The notes under the pieces were generated by a model that worked only from the letters and a program-made list of their open reading frames with translations, did not search any database and was not told the origin of the DNA. From Anolis carolinensis (taxonomy: Eukaryota): 64,000 nt of DNA. Below are positions 1 to 13,047 of this stretch, piece after piece. Numbering within the stretch: the stretch's first letter is position 1; every line of letters starts with the position of its first letter. Location: assembly GCF_035594765.1 (NCBI RefSeq), contig NW_026943822.1:2446992-2510991 (forward strand), given 5' to 3'. Made by a program: the position numbers and the translations under genes.

Positions 1-2060
1 TTTTTCCTGTCTGGAATTCCCCTGGTTTCTGAGTGTTGCTCTTTATCTACTGTCCTGATTTTAGAGTTTTTAAATACTGGGAGCCAAATTTTGTTCATTT
101 TCATGGTTTCTCCTTTCTGTTGAAACTATCCATATGCTTGTGGATTTCAGTGGCTTCTCTGTGTAGTCTGACCTGACGGTTGTGAGAGTGGTGCAGCATT
201 TCTGCGTTCTCAAATAATCTGTTGTGTCCAGGTTGGTTCCTCAAGTGTTCTGCTATGGCTGACTTCTCTGGTTGAGTCAGTCTGCAGTGCGTTTCATGTT
301 CCTCGATTCGTCTTTGGACAATGCTGCTGTGTTTGGTGGTCCCTACGTAGACTTCTTGTCCGCAGCTGCATGGTATACGGTAGACTCCTGCAGAGGTGAG
401 CAGATCCCTCTTGTCCTTTGCTGTATATGGCATTTGTTGGATTTTCTTAGCAGGTCTGTAGATAGTTTGTGGGTTGCATTTCTTCATGAGTTTTCCTATG
501 CAATCAGTGGTTCCCTTCATGCATGGCAAGGACACATTTCCTCTGGGTGGACCACTTGAACAACCACCATGTCAGACTACATAGGGAAGCCATTAAAATC
601 CACAAGAAGCATGTGGACAATTTCAACAGAAAGTAGGAAACCATGAAAATGAACACAATCTGGCTACCAGTACAGTAGAGTCTCACTTATCCAACATAAA
701 CGGGCCGGCAGAATGTTGGATAAGCAAATATGTTGGATAATAAGGAGGGATTAAGGAAAAGCCTATTAAACATCAAATTAGGTTATGATTTTACAAATTA
801 AGCACCAAAACATCATGTTATACAACAAATTTGACAGAAAAAGTAGTTCAATACGCAGTAATGCTAGCTTATGATTAAAACTGGCTTTTAAGCTGCGTTT
901 TTGAATAAACCAGTCCCCAATACCAAAAGTCAGATTAATGCTCCTTTCTCCGCACAGGTCCCTCTTTCCATAATAATTTGGACATCCGTCTACCTCTCCA
1001 TCGGTCTAGAAACATTTGCACTTTGTCCTTGACCCCAAAGCACTTTAGAACTATATTTTTGCACTTTAATCAAGTGGCCCCTCCACCAACCTGGTTGATC
1101 CATTATTCTATTCTATTTTAATTTGATTTTAATTGTTAATTGAGTTTTTGATGGTCTATCGCATTGTTTGCTTAAGGTAACTGTTTGTATAATTGTCGAT
1201 TTTACTGTATTTTATCGTAACATGTTTTAACTGTTTTACCTGTTTGTATTTTCAGGCTAGCTGCCCCGGGTCCCAGCCGGGAGATGGTGGCGGGATAGAA
1301 AAATAAAATTACTTACATATTTACTTACTAATGCTATGTAGTAATTACTGTATTTACGAATTTAGTACAGTAGTGTCTCACTTATCCAACATAAACGGGC
1401 CGGCAGAATGTTGGATAAATGAATATCTTGGATAATAAGGAGGGATTAAGGAAAAGCCTATTAAACATCAAATTAGGTTATGATTTTACAAATTAAGCAC
1501 CAAAACATCATGTTATACAACAAATTTGTCAGAAAAAGTAGTTCAATAGGCAGTAATGTTATGTTGTAATTACTGTATTTACGAATTTAGCACCAAAATA
1601 TCACGATATATTGAAAACATTGACTACAAAAATGGCTTGGATAATCCAGAGGCTTGGATAAGTGAGGCTTGGATAAGTGAGACTCTACTGTACTTACTTA
1701 CTAATGCTATGTAGTAATTACTGTATTTACGAATTTAGCACCAAAATATCACAATATTGAAAACATTGACTACAAAAATGTGTTGGATAATCCAGACCGT
1801 TGGATAAGTGAATGTTAGATAAGTGAGACTCTACTGTATTTTAAAAAAAAACTCTTAAAATCAAGACAGTAAACAAAGAACAACGCTCAGAAAACATTGG
1901 AATTCCAGACAGGAAACAATCAGGGCCAGCTAACACCTCCCAACAAAGGGTCCACACAGCAGGAAGCAGCCAGGCCTTGAAGCTGAGAGGCTTTTCAATG
2001 CTGATCAAGTTGATTAATTGCAACATTCACACTTGCCTCCAGCAGACCAGAGTTCTTTCT
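1..2060. mobile_element. Penelope-like retroelement remnants in inverted arrangement (about 1-540 minus; about 555-2060 plus, interrupted by nested elements)
   Basis: ORF 101..535(-) encodes GVYRIPCSCGQ..YVGTT..RRIEEH..KSAIAEH, a GIY-YIG endonuclease of Penelope-like elements. Bases 1-160 are reverse-complementary to about 570-670 plus 1840-1920. Confidence 0.85.
673..1836. mobile_element. Tc1/mariner-type MITE (TIR CAGTAGAGTCTCACTTATCC, TA target) containing an L2-like 3' fragment (about 868-1328) and a second MITE copy (1368-1690)
   Basis: TA|CAGTAGAGTCTCACTTATCCAA at 673 and GAGACTCTACTG|TA at 1836. The internal insert is flanked by TAATGCTA repeats. Confidence 0.85.
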
Positions 2061-2520
2061 GCCACTCCAGCCACGTCACGCGCTCTCGGCCTCAGAGGAA
2101 ATCCCCGGCTTCCAACTTTCCGGAAGAAGCCTTGCCAAGGAAGAAGCCTCCGCGCCGGCAGAGGGCGCAGACGGTACGAGACGCTCTATCCCGCTCCGCT
2201 CGTTGGCCCTCGCTGGGAGCGGAAGTGACACGCACTCTGGGCTTGTTTACTACCGAAGCTTCCGGTTCCGGTTTTGGCCGCGAGAGGAGAGGCGAGCGGA
2301 ATCTGTCGCTCCGTGTGCTGTCTTTGCCGCCGCCATCATGTCGGGCTCCAGCAGCGCCCTCATGAAGCAGCCGCCCATCCAGTCCACGGCGGGGGCCGTC
2401 CCCGTCCGAAACGAGAAAGGTGAGGGCATGGCCACGTCCAGAAGGCCCCGGGAGGCCTGCTTCTGCTGCGCCGCCATGGGCTCAAGGGCCTTCTCCTTCC
2501 TGGACTCCGGCTTATGAGGT
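2060..2520 (+). promoter_or_regulatory. MFAP1 CpG-island promoter with ETS-type (CGGAAG/CTTCCG) motifs
   Basis: CpG-rich segment around the ATG at 2338; CGGAAGTG near 2220 and CTTCCGG near 2259. Confidence 0.65.
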
Positions 2521-4423
2521 GCTTTGAACTTCAACTCCCAGAATTCCTAACAGCCTTCTGGCTGTTAGTTGAAGTCCAAAACACCTGGAGGGAGGGCCGA
2601 AGTTGGCCCATGCCACAAGCTCTGAGCATACCTGCCATAGAAGCAGATTAAACGTCAGGAGAGAATGCTTCTGGAATATCGCCATGCAGCCAGAAAACTC
2701 ACAGCAACCCTACAAGGTGTTGGGTTTTGACCCTACATGGTTTGAGTCCAGGTTACCTTCAGGATCGCCTTCTCTCGTATAATCCGCTGCTTTGGACACT
2801 GAGGTCGTTTGGGGGGTGGTTGCGCCAACCAGGCAAAACCCAACTGGCAACTGTCACCCAGAGGACCTTGTCATTGGCTGCCCCAAGACTGTGGAACGAC
2901 CTACCAGAAGAACTCCGACAGCAGTCGGAATTTAAGACACAATAAATAATAATAATAAGTTTAATGTGTTGTCGAAGGCTTTCATGGCCGGGATCACAGG
3001 GTTGTTGTATGTCTTTCGGGCTGTGTGGCCATGTTCTAGAAGTATTCTCTCCTGACGTTTCGCCCACATCTATGGCAGGCATCCTCAGAGGTTGTGAGGT
3101 ATGGATAAACTAAGTAAGGAAAGGAAAGAATATATATCTGTGTAGAGTCCAGGGTGTGGCAAGAGTCCTTTGTCACTGGGAGCCAGCATTAATGTTTCAG
3201 TTAATCACCCTAATTAGCATTGGAAATGTTTTGTCTCTTGCCTGGGGGCATCCTTTGTTCAGTTAACCCTCAGAGTGTTGGTTCTCACGTGGTCCAGATC
3301 TGACCAGCTGGTTAGAACCCCTTCAGTTGTGAGTAGGGGTCAGACAGCTCCCCTAATGGGCCTGGATTTCAATTCCAATAATAATAAAAACAACAACAAC
3401 AAACAACTTTATTTTTGTATGCCGTCTCCATCTCCCCAACAGGGACTCGGAGCGGCTCACATGGGGCCAAGCCCATCATATCATATAACATCATAAAATG
3501 AATAGTTAAGACAAGCATAACGATAAAAACTAATTAAACAAGTCATAATTTAAATAAAACATAATTAAAACAAAGATATTAAAACAATCATTTAAGGCAT
3601 TCAAAGTCTAGTATAGCACAACAATACGGGTGACAGTCATCATCTGCTGCCTTGCCTCCTTAATGTCACCAATATTTTAAGCTGGTCATGCTGAGTTCGG
3701 CCCAGATCCATTGTTGGGGAGAGTCACAGGGCACTCTGGATGCGGGGTGAACTGCAACTTCCATCATCCACTGTCATTGCCCCCCAAACCCCGCCAGTAT
3801 TTAAGGTTGGTCATGATGGGTCTGTGTGCCAAGTTTGGTCCAGATCCATCATTAGTGGAGTTCACAGTGCTCTCTGGAGGTGAGAGTCATTGTGGAAAAC
3901 AGATAAACAGATACATATAATGATAAATATTTTTAATTTTATTATATAGATGGATAGATAGATGATTTGGTGACCCCCTTTCTTTTTCTGCTTTGCATCT
4001 GCAGGGGAGATCTCCATGGAGAAGGTGAAGGTGAAGCGCTATGTCTCGGGGAAGCGCCCGGACTATGCGCCCATGGAGTCCTCGGATGAGGAGGAGGAGG
4101 AGTTCCAGTTCATCAAGAAGGCCAAGGAGCAGGAACAGGAGCCTGAGGAGCAGGAGGAGGAGCTGGCCAGCGACCCCCGTCTTCGCCGCCTCCAGAACCG
4201 CATCTCGGAGGACGTGGAGGAAAGGTTGGCGCGGCACCGGAAGATCGTGGAACCGGAGGTGATGGGGGAGAGTGACTCCGAAGTGGAAGGAGAGGCCTGG
4301 CACGTGGAGCGAGAGGACACCAGTGAGGAGGAAGAGGAGGAAGTGGATGACGAGGTACTGGGCAGCTTGAGTTGCGTTGCACGCTCTTTCTTAGCAGAAG
4401 AAAGAAGCCCTCATCTTGAGAGG

Positions 4424-4465
<42 letters not shown>

Positions 4466-7400
4466 TTATATATATCTATATAGTTTTTTAATTGAGCATT
4501 TCCATTTTGTACAATACAAGAAGGGGAAGGGCAAAGCAGAAAAGAAAGAAAAAGTTAACAAAATAACGAGAGAAAAAGAGGGAGGGGGGGAGTTACTATT
4601 AGAAAGTTAAATCATTATAAATATCAAGTATATTGCAAAAAGAGAGGAAATGAAGACAGGAAGAAGAGACAATTGTCAGTGTACAAAATTATTATTAATA
4701 ATTTTTAACACCAATTACAATTACAAGAATTACCTAAAATATCCCAAACACCGTGTATCCACTATATCAAAGAGAGGAGTAATATTGCTACCAAACGTCA
4801 AGTCCAATGGTCGTATCTTCTTCAAGATTTATCACACAGTCTTCCAGTCTCTCTCTCTCTCCCCCCCCCCCCAGCTCTTCCCCATTAAAAGTTTATCTTC
4901 AATATTATTATTAGCAGAAACCTTGTTGAAGTTTGCAAAATCTGAGAACTAGAGTTGTTCTGGATGCCAGGTCTTTGGCCATCCGCAGGTGCAGTGTATG
5001 GCTCACCCGCAAGAGACATCATGGCCGAGACCCCCCAGCCTTTTCTCAGCCACTTTAGAAACGTTTCTTGCCATTGGGTTACATAGCCCAACCCAAAAAG
5101 TATTCTTGGTTTTTAGGCCTGGTCCTAGGGTTCTTTGGAGCACTTATTCAGAAAATTCGATAGACTGCATCAACTGTAGTTTCTCATATATGGTTATAAT
5201 GATTTTCTATGGGCAAGCAGTTGGCAACTAGTTGTTAGCATATGTTCTATACCTGAAAAACTAGAGCTGATAGGGGAAAATGGCTGCTATTTTTGGAATC
5301 GGCCTCTCAAGTATACCCAGAAACAGGTATAACATTTGTGGCACCAAAATGTGTGTTGGCCAGTGTAATTGATTCCTCTGGGCTTGCATGATTTTCCCTG
5401 AATGGAAATCCCTGGGCAGGTCTCACACGTTCCTGCCTGCCTGCCACTGCAGATCTTCTCTATGGAGAACCAAGGGCTACGCCAGCTGAGAACCAGAAGC
5501 TGCCACTTGACAGAAGCCTGCCAGAGCATTGCTTTCTTTTCTGTTCTGACCAGAGATGCTTCTCCCTGAGGCAGCCATACAAGTAGATTTCATTTCTTCT
5601 TTTTTGATAGGAAATTGAGCGCCGCCGTAGCATGATGCGCCAGCGGGCTGAGGAACGGAAAAACGAGGAGTTGGAAGTGATGGAGGTGGAAGACGAGGGT
5701 CGCTCTGGGGAGGAGTCTGAATCAGAGTCTGAATACGAGGAATACACAGATAGCGAGGATGAAACGGAGCCGCGCCTCAAGCCGGTCTTCATTCGCAAGC
5801 AAGTATTGTCTCTGCAAGGCGGAGGGGGGGGGGGGGGGGTTTGGAGAACCGAAGCCTGGAGGTGCCTGGCGCTTGATGATTGTTTAATATTTTAATTATG
5901 TCTATTTTAAATCATGACTTGTTATTTTGTTTTTTAAATGCATTCTTTGATGTCTTAACTGTTGTTTTTATGATATTATATGATTGTATTGGGCTTGTCC
6001 CTGTGTGAGCCACTCCCGAGTCCCCATTGGGGAGATGGAGGCGGCATACAAAAATAAAATTATTATTATTATTATATTATGGCACAGCAAACAAGATAGA
6101 TATGCTGGATTTCGTATCACAAAATCACAAGTCGAACACTTCCCAAGTGTCTAGGACTGTGTGATGTATTTTCGGATGATGATGATGATTTAATCTACCA
6201 GTCAGTGAATCTGGGATTCCTGCTTAGTAGGTTTTAGGAGAAGACTTTGTATGTATTTATTTATTTATTTACAGCATTTATATTCCGCCCTTCTCACCCC
6301 GAAGGGGACTCAGGGCGGATCACATTACACATATAGGCAAACATTAAATGCCTTTTAACATAGAACAAAGACAAGACAAACATAGGCTTCGAGCGGGCCT
6401 CGAACTCATGACCTCCTGGTCAGAGTGATTCATTGCAGCTGGTTGCAGCTGGCTTGCTCTCCAGCATGCACCACAGCCCGGGTAGAGCCCTTTGTAGAGC
6501 GTCCGTAGCTCACCAGAAATGCCTTTTGCAGGAAGGACAGAGTCACAGTTCAGGAACGGGAGGCGGAAACCCAGAAGCAGAAGGAGCTGGAGCTGGAGGC
6601 CAAGCGGATGGCCGAAGAGAGGCGCAAGTACACACTGAAGGTATTTGAAGAGAGGCATTCGGGTGCAGGTGCCACAGCATGAAGGGGCGGGTGGTTGGAT
6701 TCCAAAAGATTCACTGTTTGTCATCTTGTCAGATTGTCGAAGAGGAAACCAAGAAAGAGCTGGAGGAGAACAGACGCTCTTTAGCAGCCCTTGATGCTCT
6801 GGACACTGATGATGAAAACGACGAGGAAGAATATGAGGCATGGAAAGTGCGGGAGTTGAAGCGCATCAAGCGGGACCGCGAGGAGCGCGAGGCGTAAGTC
6901 ATCCCCGACCTGAAGCACATCTGGAGGCCCCATCCAAGGACAGGAGAGGGAGGTGGGACCCATAGGCGGGGGCTTGTATCTTTTGGGACTGAGCAAAAAG
7001 GAGACTGAGTAGATGACGCAGGGAGAAGGCAATCTGGTTTTCTCTTTGAGGCATGATGACCAGAACTGTGCACAGTATGCCATGTATGGCTGTACCACAG
7101 ATTTACAGGCAGGGATCATGATACTGCCAGTTTTTGTTTTGGATGGTCCAGAGGCAGTGTGTGCATGCATTTTAAAATCTGCCCCTGCCTGCTCAAAGGC
7201 TGCTCCCTGCCTCTTGGCACTGCTGGATGGGACAGATCATTCTCCCACCCAGAACATGGAGAGTGGAGACAACCACCTGCCTCGTTCTTTTTTTGTGCCA
7301 TCCAGGTTGGAGAAGGAGAAGGCAGAGATCGAGCGCGTGCGGAACCTGACGGAAGAGGAACGGCGCGCAGAACTCCGGGCCAACGGCAAGGTCATCACCA

Positions 7401-8146
7401 ACAAGGCCGTGAAGGGCAAATACAAATTCCTGCAGAAGTACTACCACCGGGGAGCCTTCTTCATGGTGAGTAGGAATGCCCTCAATGCCTCTGGGCAAAT
7501 CCAAGCTCAGAAGAGAAGGCCGGGAGGAAACTCTACCAGGCATCTCCTACCAGGGTCCTGTGGCCCCGCTCCTGCCCTTCCTTCCTTCCCTGAAGAAAAT
7601 CTGTTTGAGCAAAGCATTCTCATTCCAAGGCACCTTTAAGGCCAATGACCCTTGCTAGACATGTTGCCAGAGCATCTCCATCCATCAGGTCCACTTACCC
7701 TTTGCTCTCCTTTCCAGGACGAAGACGAGGATGTCTACAAGAGGGACTTCAGTGCCCCGACCCTGGAAGACCACTTCAACAAGACAATCCTGCCCAAAGT
7801 CATGCAGGTATGTGCAAAGGAGGTAGTATTTGAACTGCTGGGTTTGGTGTCATTGATAGCTTTGCTTCTGCACATGAAGTCCGGTGTAACCAGAGTCTGC
7901 ATCTTGTAGCAGTCAAGAATCTCCCTGGCTCAATACCCTTCTGATGCTTCTTCTTTTCTGCAGGTGAAGAACTTTGGGCGCTCTGGGCGAACCAAGTACA
8001 CTCACCTGGTGGACCAGGACACAACTTCCTTTGACTCGGCCTGGGGACAGGAGAGCGCACAGAACACCAAGTTCTTCAAGCAGAAGGCCGCTGGCGTGCG
8101 GGATGTCTTCGACAGACCCTCGGCCAAGAAGCGGAAGGCCACCTGA
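2338..8146 (+). CDS. MFAP1: Microfibrillar-associated protein 1 (spliceosome B-complex factor), about 440 aa; exons 2338-2419, 4005-4354, 5611-5798, 6532-6640, 6733-6893, 7306-7465, 7718-7807, 7964-8146
   Basis: Spliced translation [51 protein letters not shown]...[17 protein letters not shown]...[15 protein letters not shown]...[19 protein letters not shown]...AKKRKAT*. Exon lengths sum to 1323 nt (441 codons). All introns are GT-AG except one GC-AG. Confidence 0.97.
2720..2950 (+). mobile_element. L2-like LINE 3' fragment
   Basis: Translation ..[26 protein letters not shown].. resembles the L2 ORF2 C-terminus. Confidence 0.6.
2960..3265 (-). mobile_element. Penelope terminal-repeat fragment with a minimal hammerhead ribozyme motif (3051-3091)
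   Basis: Minus strand reads CCT-CTGAGGA-T-GCCTGC-CATAGAT-GTGGGC-GAAAC-GTC-AGG. Confidence 0.75.
4429..4462. repeat. (GA)n microsatellite in MFAP1 intron 2
   Basis: Run of gagagaga seen directly. Confidence 0.9.
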
Positions 8147-8979
8147 GTGGCACACTTCTCTATCAATGTGGAGCCTTTGCCCTCAGTGTGGCTTGGGACT
8201 ACAGAGTTCGATTTAGACCCAGAATATTTCTCATTTGCAGAGACACAGCCCCTTTTATCACCTTCCTCCCTCTTTCAATAACACCCCTTTTGGTATATAA
8301 CTCTCCGTCTACTATACCATTTTCCCCTTGGCAACCACAAGGATTTCCTGTTTTTATGGAGTACTGCTAAGAGGGAGGTGGCATGAAAGAAAAACATCTC
8401 TATTAAAGTTATTTCTTACCAAGATATGGCTGTGTTATAGGACCTGTCTCTTGGAATGTGTGGGAGACACGTTAGTCATGAACGCTAGTCTTTGCTTAAG
8501 AAACTTTATCAGCAGGCATGGAGAAGTGCTCTGGAGGCAGCACCGGCTGGTAGGTAGAATCCAGCCAAAGGCCTGGCCCTGACAACTATTTACATTAAAA
8601 GGATTGCTTGAAAGTCCAGGACCATAAACTGCTTTGAGTAGTCAGAGCAGCCTCCATGGTGCCACACAACACCACACAGTTTATTACAGTGGTTCCCAAT
8701 TTGTGGGTCCCAGATGTTTTGGCCTTCAACTCCCAGAAATCCTAACAGCTGGTAAACTGGGTGGGATTTCTGGAAGTTGTAGGTCAAAACACATGGGGAC
8801 CCACAAGTTGAGAACCACTGGTTTATTAGAATGCCACTAAGATAAAATATTAATATGCTAACAGGTGCAGAACTGGCCTTATTTCACACAAGGAAGTCTG
8901 AAAACAATCTGCTCTGGGGCAAGGTGCACATTCAAGCACTCAGGCAGCTCAGGGGAAAGGAGCAGAGTACCATTATTTA

Positions 8980-9287
8980 CAGTAGAGTCTCACTTATCCG
9001 AGCTAAACGGGCCAGCAGAAGCTTGGATAAGCGAATATCTTGGATAATAAGGAGGGATTAAGGAAAAGCCTATTAAACATCAAATTAGGTTATGATTTTA
9101 CAAATTAAGCACCAAAACTTCATGTTATACAACAAATTTGACAGAAAAAGTAGTTCAATACACAGTAATGTTATGTTGTAATTGCTGTATTTATGAATTT
9201 AGCACCAAAATATCACAATATATTGAAAACATTGACTACAAAAATGGCTTGGATTATCCAGAGGCTTGGATAAGTGAGACTCTACTG
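8980..9287. mobile_element. Tc1/mariner-type MITE between the convergent MFAP1 and HYPK 3' ends; further copies at 11812-12134, 14636-14957, 35691-36013, 40681-41003, 43355-43617, 47237-47535, 56077-56399, 57465-57748, 58419-58737, 60428-60735, 62656-62978
   Basis: TIRs CAGTAGAGTCTCACTTATCC / GGATAAGTGAGACTCTACTG, mostly TA-flanked, and a near-identical body of about 260-325 bp. Confidence 0.9.
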
Positions 9288-9535
9288 TACTTGATTTTAA
9301 TGCTTGCCTTTTTTGGCTAAATGACATTGCCAAACTGAGGTGCACATTACATTCAATATGCTCGAGAAAATCCGGGTAGATTCAGCTAATTCCATCACAA
9401 GCCGCATAGACAGCTACTTAAAGAACAGCATCTTTATTGCAGTGTCTGAGCATGAAGCGTGCCATGCTTTGTGAAAGCAAAGCAGCCCATGGAATTGCTC
9501 CCTTCCTTCACAGAAGTACATCCAAGTATGAACTC

Positions 9536-12500
9536 TCAGTTGGTGAGAGTGATCAGGGCCTCCACCACGTTCCCCATGTGTTCCCGCAAACTGCGCTCTG
9601 CTGCCGCCCTGGAGATCTCCATCTCGTTCATCTGTAAGGAAAAAACCACAAGGAAAATGCATTCTTACCCGACACTGACAGAGCCGCCGAAACCCAGCCC
9701 AGTCCAAGCTAATTGCCACTGCTCTGCTCAACTCACAATCAACTCCAAATCCTCCTTCTTGATCGTAACTTTAGCCAGTTCTTTTTCCCTAAAATGGGAG
9801 AAAAGGATAAAACAGCATGGTGGCATTACCATTTTTTCAGAATAGGACTTCCATATCATTTTTTCAAATTAGAAGATTTTCAATGGTTATGTGAAGTCTT
9901 AGTTCAAAGCATAAAAAAGTAACAATTAATTAATCAATCTCCACCAGGATGGAGAGAAGATCCAAAATTCTTCTTGAGCTCCCTGCAGACCCCTCTGTGC
10001 CACCCTCAACACACATCTCTTGCCTGGTATTGGAAACAGACCCAGTCTTGTAGATCCTTGCACGACACTCTAAAGCACTGCCAACCCACCTTGAATCCTG
10101 CAGAATCCTGTGGTTTATGGTTTAGCGAAACCCAGGACCCCTCTGGCTGTGACGGTGGAAGGCCCCCTCCCTAAACAGCAAATCCCACGATTCCACAGGA
10201 GACAGTCAGAGGATTTAAAGTGGTGGAGCATGATTGCCTCCCTTGTCATATTTGAAGCAGAGCTGGGAAAAACCCTGCTTTCAGTCTCTTTGGGGTAGGA
10301 GGAGGGCCAGGCTGCTTTATTACTAATTTTTGTATTTGCTTTGTTTTAAATTGTTAGGAGATGGTGTGGTTGTGAGCAGTCTTGAGTCCCTATGGGTTAG
10401 AAATGAGGGAAATAATAATAATAATAATAAGGAGAGAATGCTTCTGGAATATGGCCATACAGCCTGGAAAACTCACAGCAACCCAATAACAATAACTTCC
10501 TGCTGCTTTAGAGGCTGGGATGTTACATCGTGTTGCTATGAGATGTTGTGGTTGTGAGCAACCTTGAGAAAGGCGGGAAAAACAAAGACTGAGCCTGCCT
10601 CACCGTTCCTGCTTGGCCTTCTGCTCCCGGGAGCGCCGGTCTCCGATCACGGACATGGCCTGCAAGGGAAGGGCAGAGCTTAGAGCGTGAAGCGGGGAAA
10701 GAGCGGCCCTCCCACCCCCTTTTTTTTGGTGTCAGGAGCGACTTGAGAAACTGCAAGTCGTTTCTGGTGTGAGAAAATTGGCCGTCTGCAAGGACGTTCC
10801 CCAGGGGACGTTGCCTGGATGTTTTGATGTTTTTACCATCCTTGTGGGAGGCTTCTCTCATGTCCCCGCATGGAGCTGGAGCTGATAGAGGGAGCTCATC
10901 CGCACTCTCCCCGGGTGGGATTCGAACCTGGCAGCTTTCAGGTCAGCAACCCAACCTTCAAGTCACAAGGCTTTAACCCACCAAGGGCTCCTTCAGCCAG
11001 TTTAGGAATGGTAAAAAAGGTAAAAGGTTTCCCCTGATGTTAAGTCCAGTCGTGTCCGACTCTGGGGGTTGGTGCTCATCTCCATTGCTAAGCCGAAGAG
11101 CCGGGGTTGTCCGTAGACACCTCCAAGGTCATGCGGCCAGCACGACTGCATGGAGCGCCGCTAGGAATGGTAAGATCTCAAAAACACCTGGGTGACGCGA
11201 GGTTGGGAGCCACACTGGGGTAGCCTTGGACTGCACCCATCCCTTAGAACAGGGGTCCCCAAACTTTTCAAATGGGGCCAGTTCACGGTCCCTAAGTCCA
11301 TTGGAGGGCCGGACAATAGTATTTTTTAAAATAACGATGAACAAATTCCTATGCACACAGCCCATAGCTTATTTTGAAGGAAAAAAAACAAAAACAAAAT
11401 GGGAACAAATACAGCCTCAATGTTAATAATAATAAGGTAAAGCTAAAGGTTTCCCCTGACGTTAAGTCCAGCCATGTCTGACTCTGGGGGTTGGTGCTCA
11501 TCTCCATTTGTAAGCCGAAGAGCCGGCGTTGTCTGCAGACACCTCCAAGGTCATGTGGCCATTGGCCGCCGGAGCAGTACCTATTGATCTACTCACATTG
11601 GCATGTTATCGAACTGCTAGGTTGGCAGAAGCTAGAGCTAACAGCAGCCGCTCATGCTGTTAATAACAACCATCATCATTATTGAAATAATAAAGATGGT
11701 TGCAAGAGACCCCATGGACCATTAGTTCAACCTCCTTCTGCCTTTGTGCACCAAAAGCACAAACAAAACACCCTGACAGATGGCCACCCAGCCTCAATGT
11801 TGATAATAATACAGTAGAGTCTCACTTATCCAAGCTAAACGGGCCGGCAGAAGCTTGGATAAGTGAATATCTTGGACAATAAGGAGGGATTAAGGAAAAG
11901 CCTATTAAACATCAAATTAGGTTATGATTTTACAAATTAAGCACCAACACATCATGTTATACAACAAATTTGACAGAAAAAGTAGTTCAATACGCAGTAA
12001 TGTTATGTAGTAATTACTGTATTTACTAATTTAGCACCAAAATATCATGATATATTGAAAACATTGACTATAAAAATGGCTTGGATTATCCAGAGGCTTG
12101 GATAAGCGAGGCTTGGATAAGTGAGACTCTACTGTAATATTTTTTGTGTGTGTCAGGAGCGACTTGAGAAACTGCAAGTTGCTTCTGGAGTGAGAGAATG
12201 GGCAGTCTGCAAGGACGTTGCCCAGGGGACATTGCCTGGATGTTTTGATATTTTTACCATCCGACTGTGGAATTCATTGCCCACTGAGATCAGGCAAGCC
12301 CCCACCTTGTTAGCCTTTAAGAAAGATCTAAAAACATGGCTTTTCCGATGTGCCTTTGGGGAGTAAATGTAATATAGCACTCTGGTTATTCCCCTTGGAT
12401 TTTATCCTTTAGACTGCTTCACCATTTTATATCCCTGTTCCCTTATTCCTATGTCTCTCTGTCTCGAGTTTTTAATTAAGTGTTCATGTGGCCTGCCCTG

Positions 12501-13047
12501 GTTTTCATTGTTTTCTCTGATTTGTGTTGTAATATATATGATGATTTTGCATTGTTATATTGTGTTATGATTTGCTGTTTTATTTTGTTATATTGTATGG
12601 TGTCTGGGCATGGCCCCATGTAAGCCGCCCCGAGTCCCCATTGGGGAGATGGTGGCGGGGTATAAATAAAGTTTTATTATTATTATTATCCTTGTGGGAG
12701 GCTTCTCTCATGTCCCCGCGTGGAGCTGGAGCTGACAGAGGGAGCTCACCCGCGCTCTCCCCGGGTGGGATTCGAACCTGGCAGCCTTCAGATCAGCAAC
12801 CCAACCTTCAAGTCACGAGGCTTTAACCCACTGCGCCACCGGGGCTCATCCTCCTCCTCACCGTCTCGAGGTTGGAGCTCTGGATCTCCTTCTCCTCGGC
12901 GTAGTCGGTGACGCGCTCCAGGTCGGCGGCGCCGCTGTCGTGCTTGCGGGGCTTCTCGGCCGCCCGGCCCCCGGCCCCGTCCCCGCCGCCCGCAGAGCCA
13001 TTGGGCTCCGCTTCCAGCTCCAGCTCCACATCGCCTTCGGCCGCCAT
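9536..13047 (-). CDS. HYPK: Huntingtin-interacting protein K (NatA cofactor), 129 aa; exons 13047-12862, 10659-10604, 9788-9737, 9631-9536
   Basis: MAAEGDVELELE...KPRKHDSGAADLERVTDYAEEKEIQSSNLET|AMSVIGDRRSREQKAKQE R|EKELAKVTIKKEDLELI|MNEMEISRAAAERSLREHMGNVVEALITLTN*. Total 390 nt; AATAAA on minus at 9433-9438. Confidence 0.97.
10725..10990 (-). mobile_element. tRNA-headed SINE; related copies at 12150-12845 (split by an L2 3' fragment, about 12260-12685), 49096-49935 (three clustered copies) and 63360-63545
   Basis: Shared body GTCAGGAGCGACTTGAGAAACTGCAAG...; B-box-like GGTTCGAATCC on the minus strand. Confidence 0.7.
11250..11430. mobile_element. hAT (Charlie-like) transposon end fragment
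   Basis: Starts CAGGGGTCCCCAAACT, a hAT-type TIR. Confidence 0.55.
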
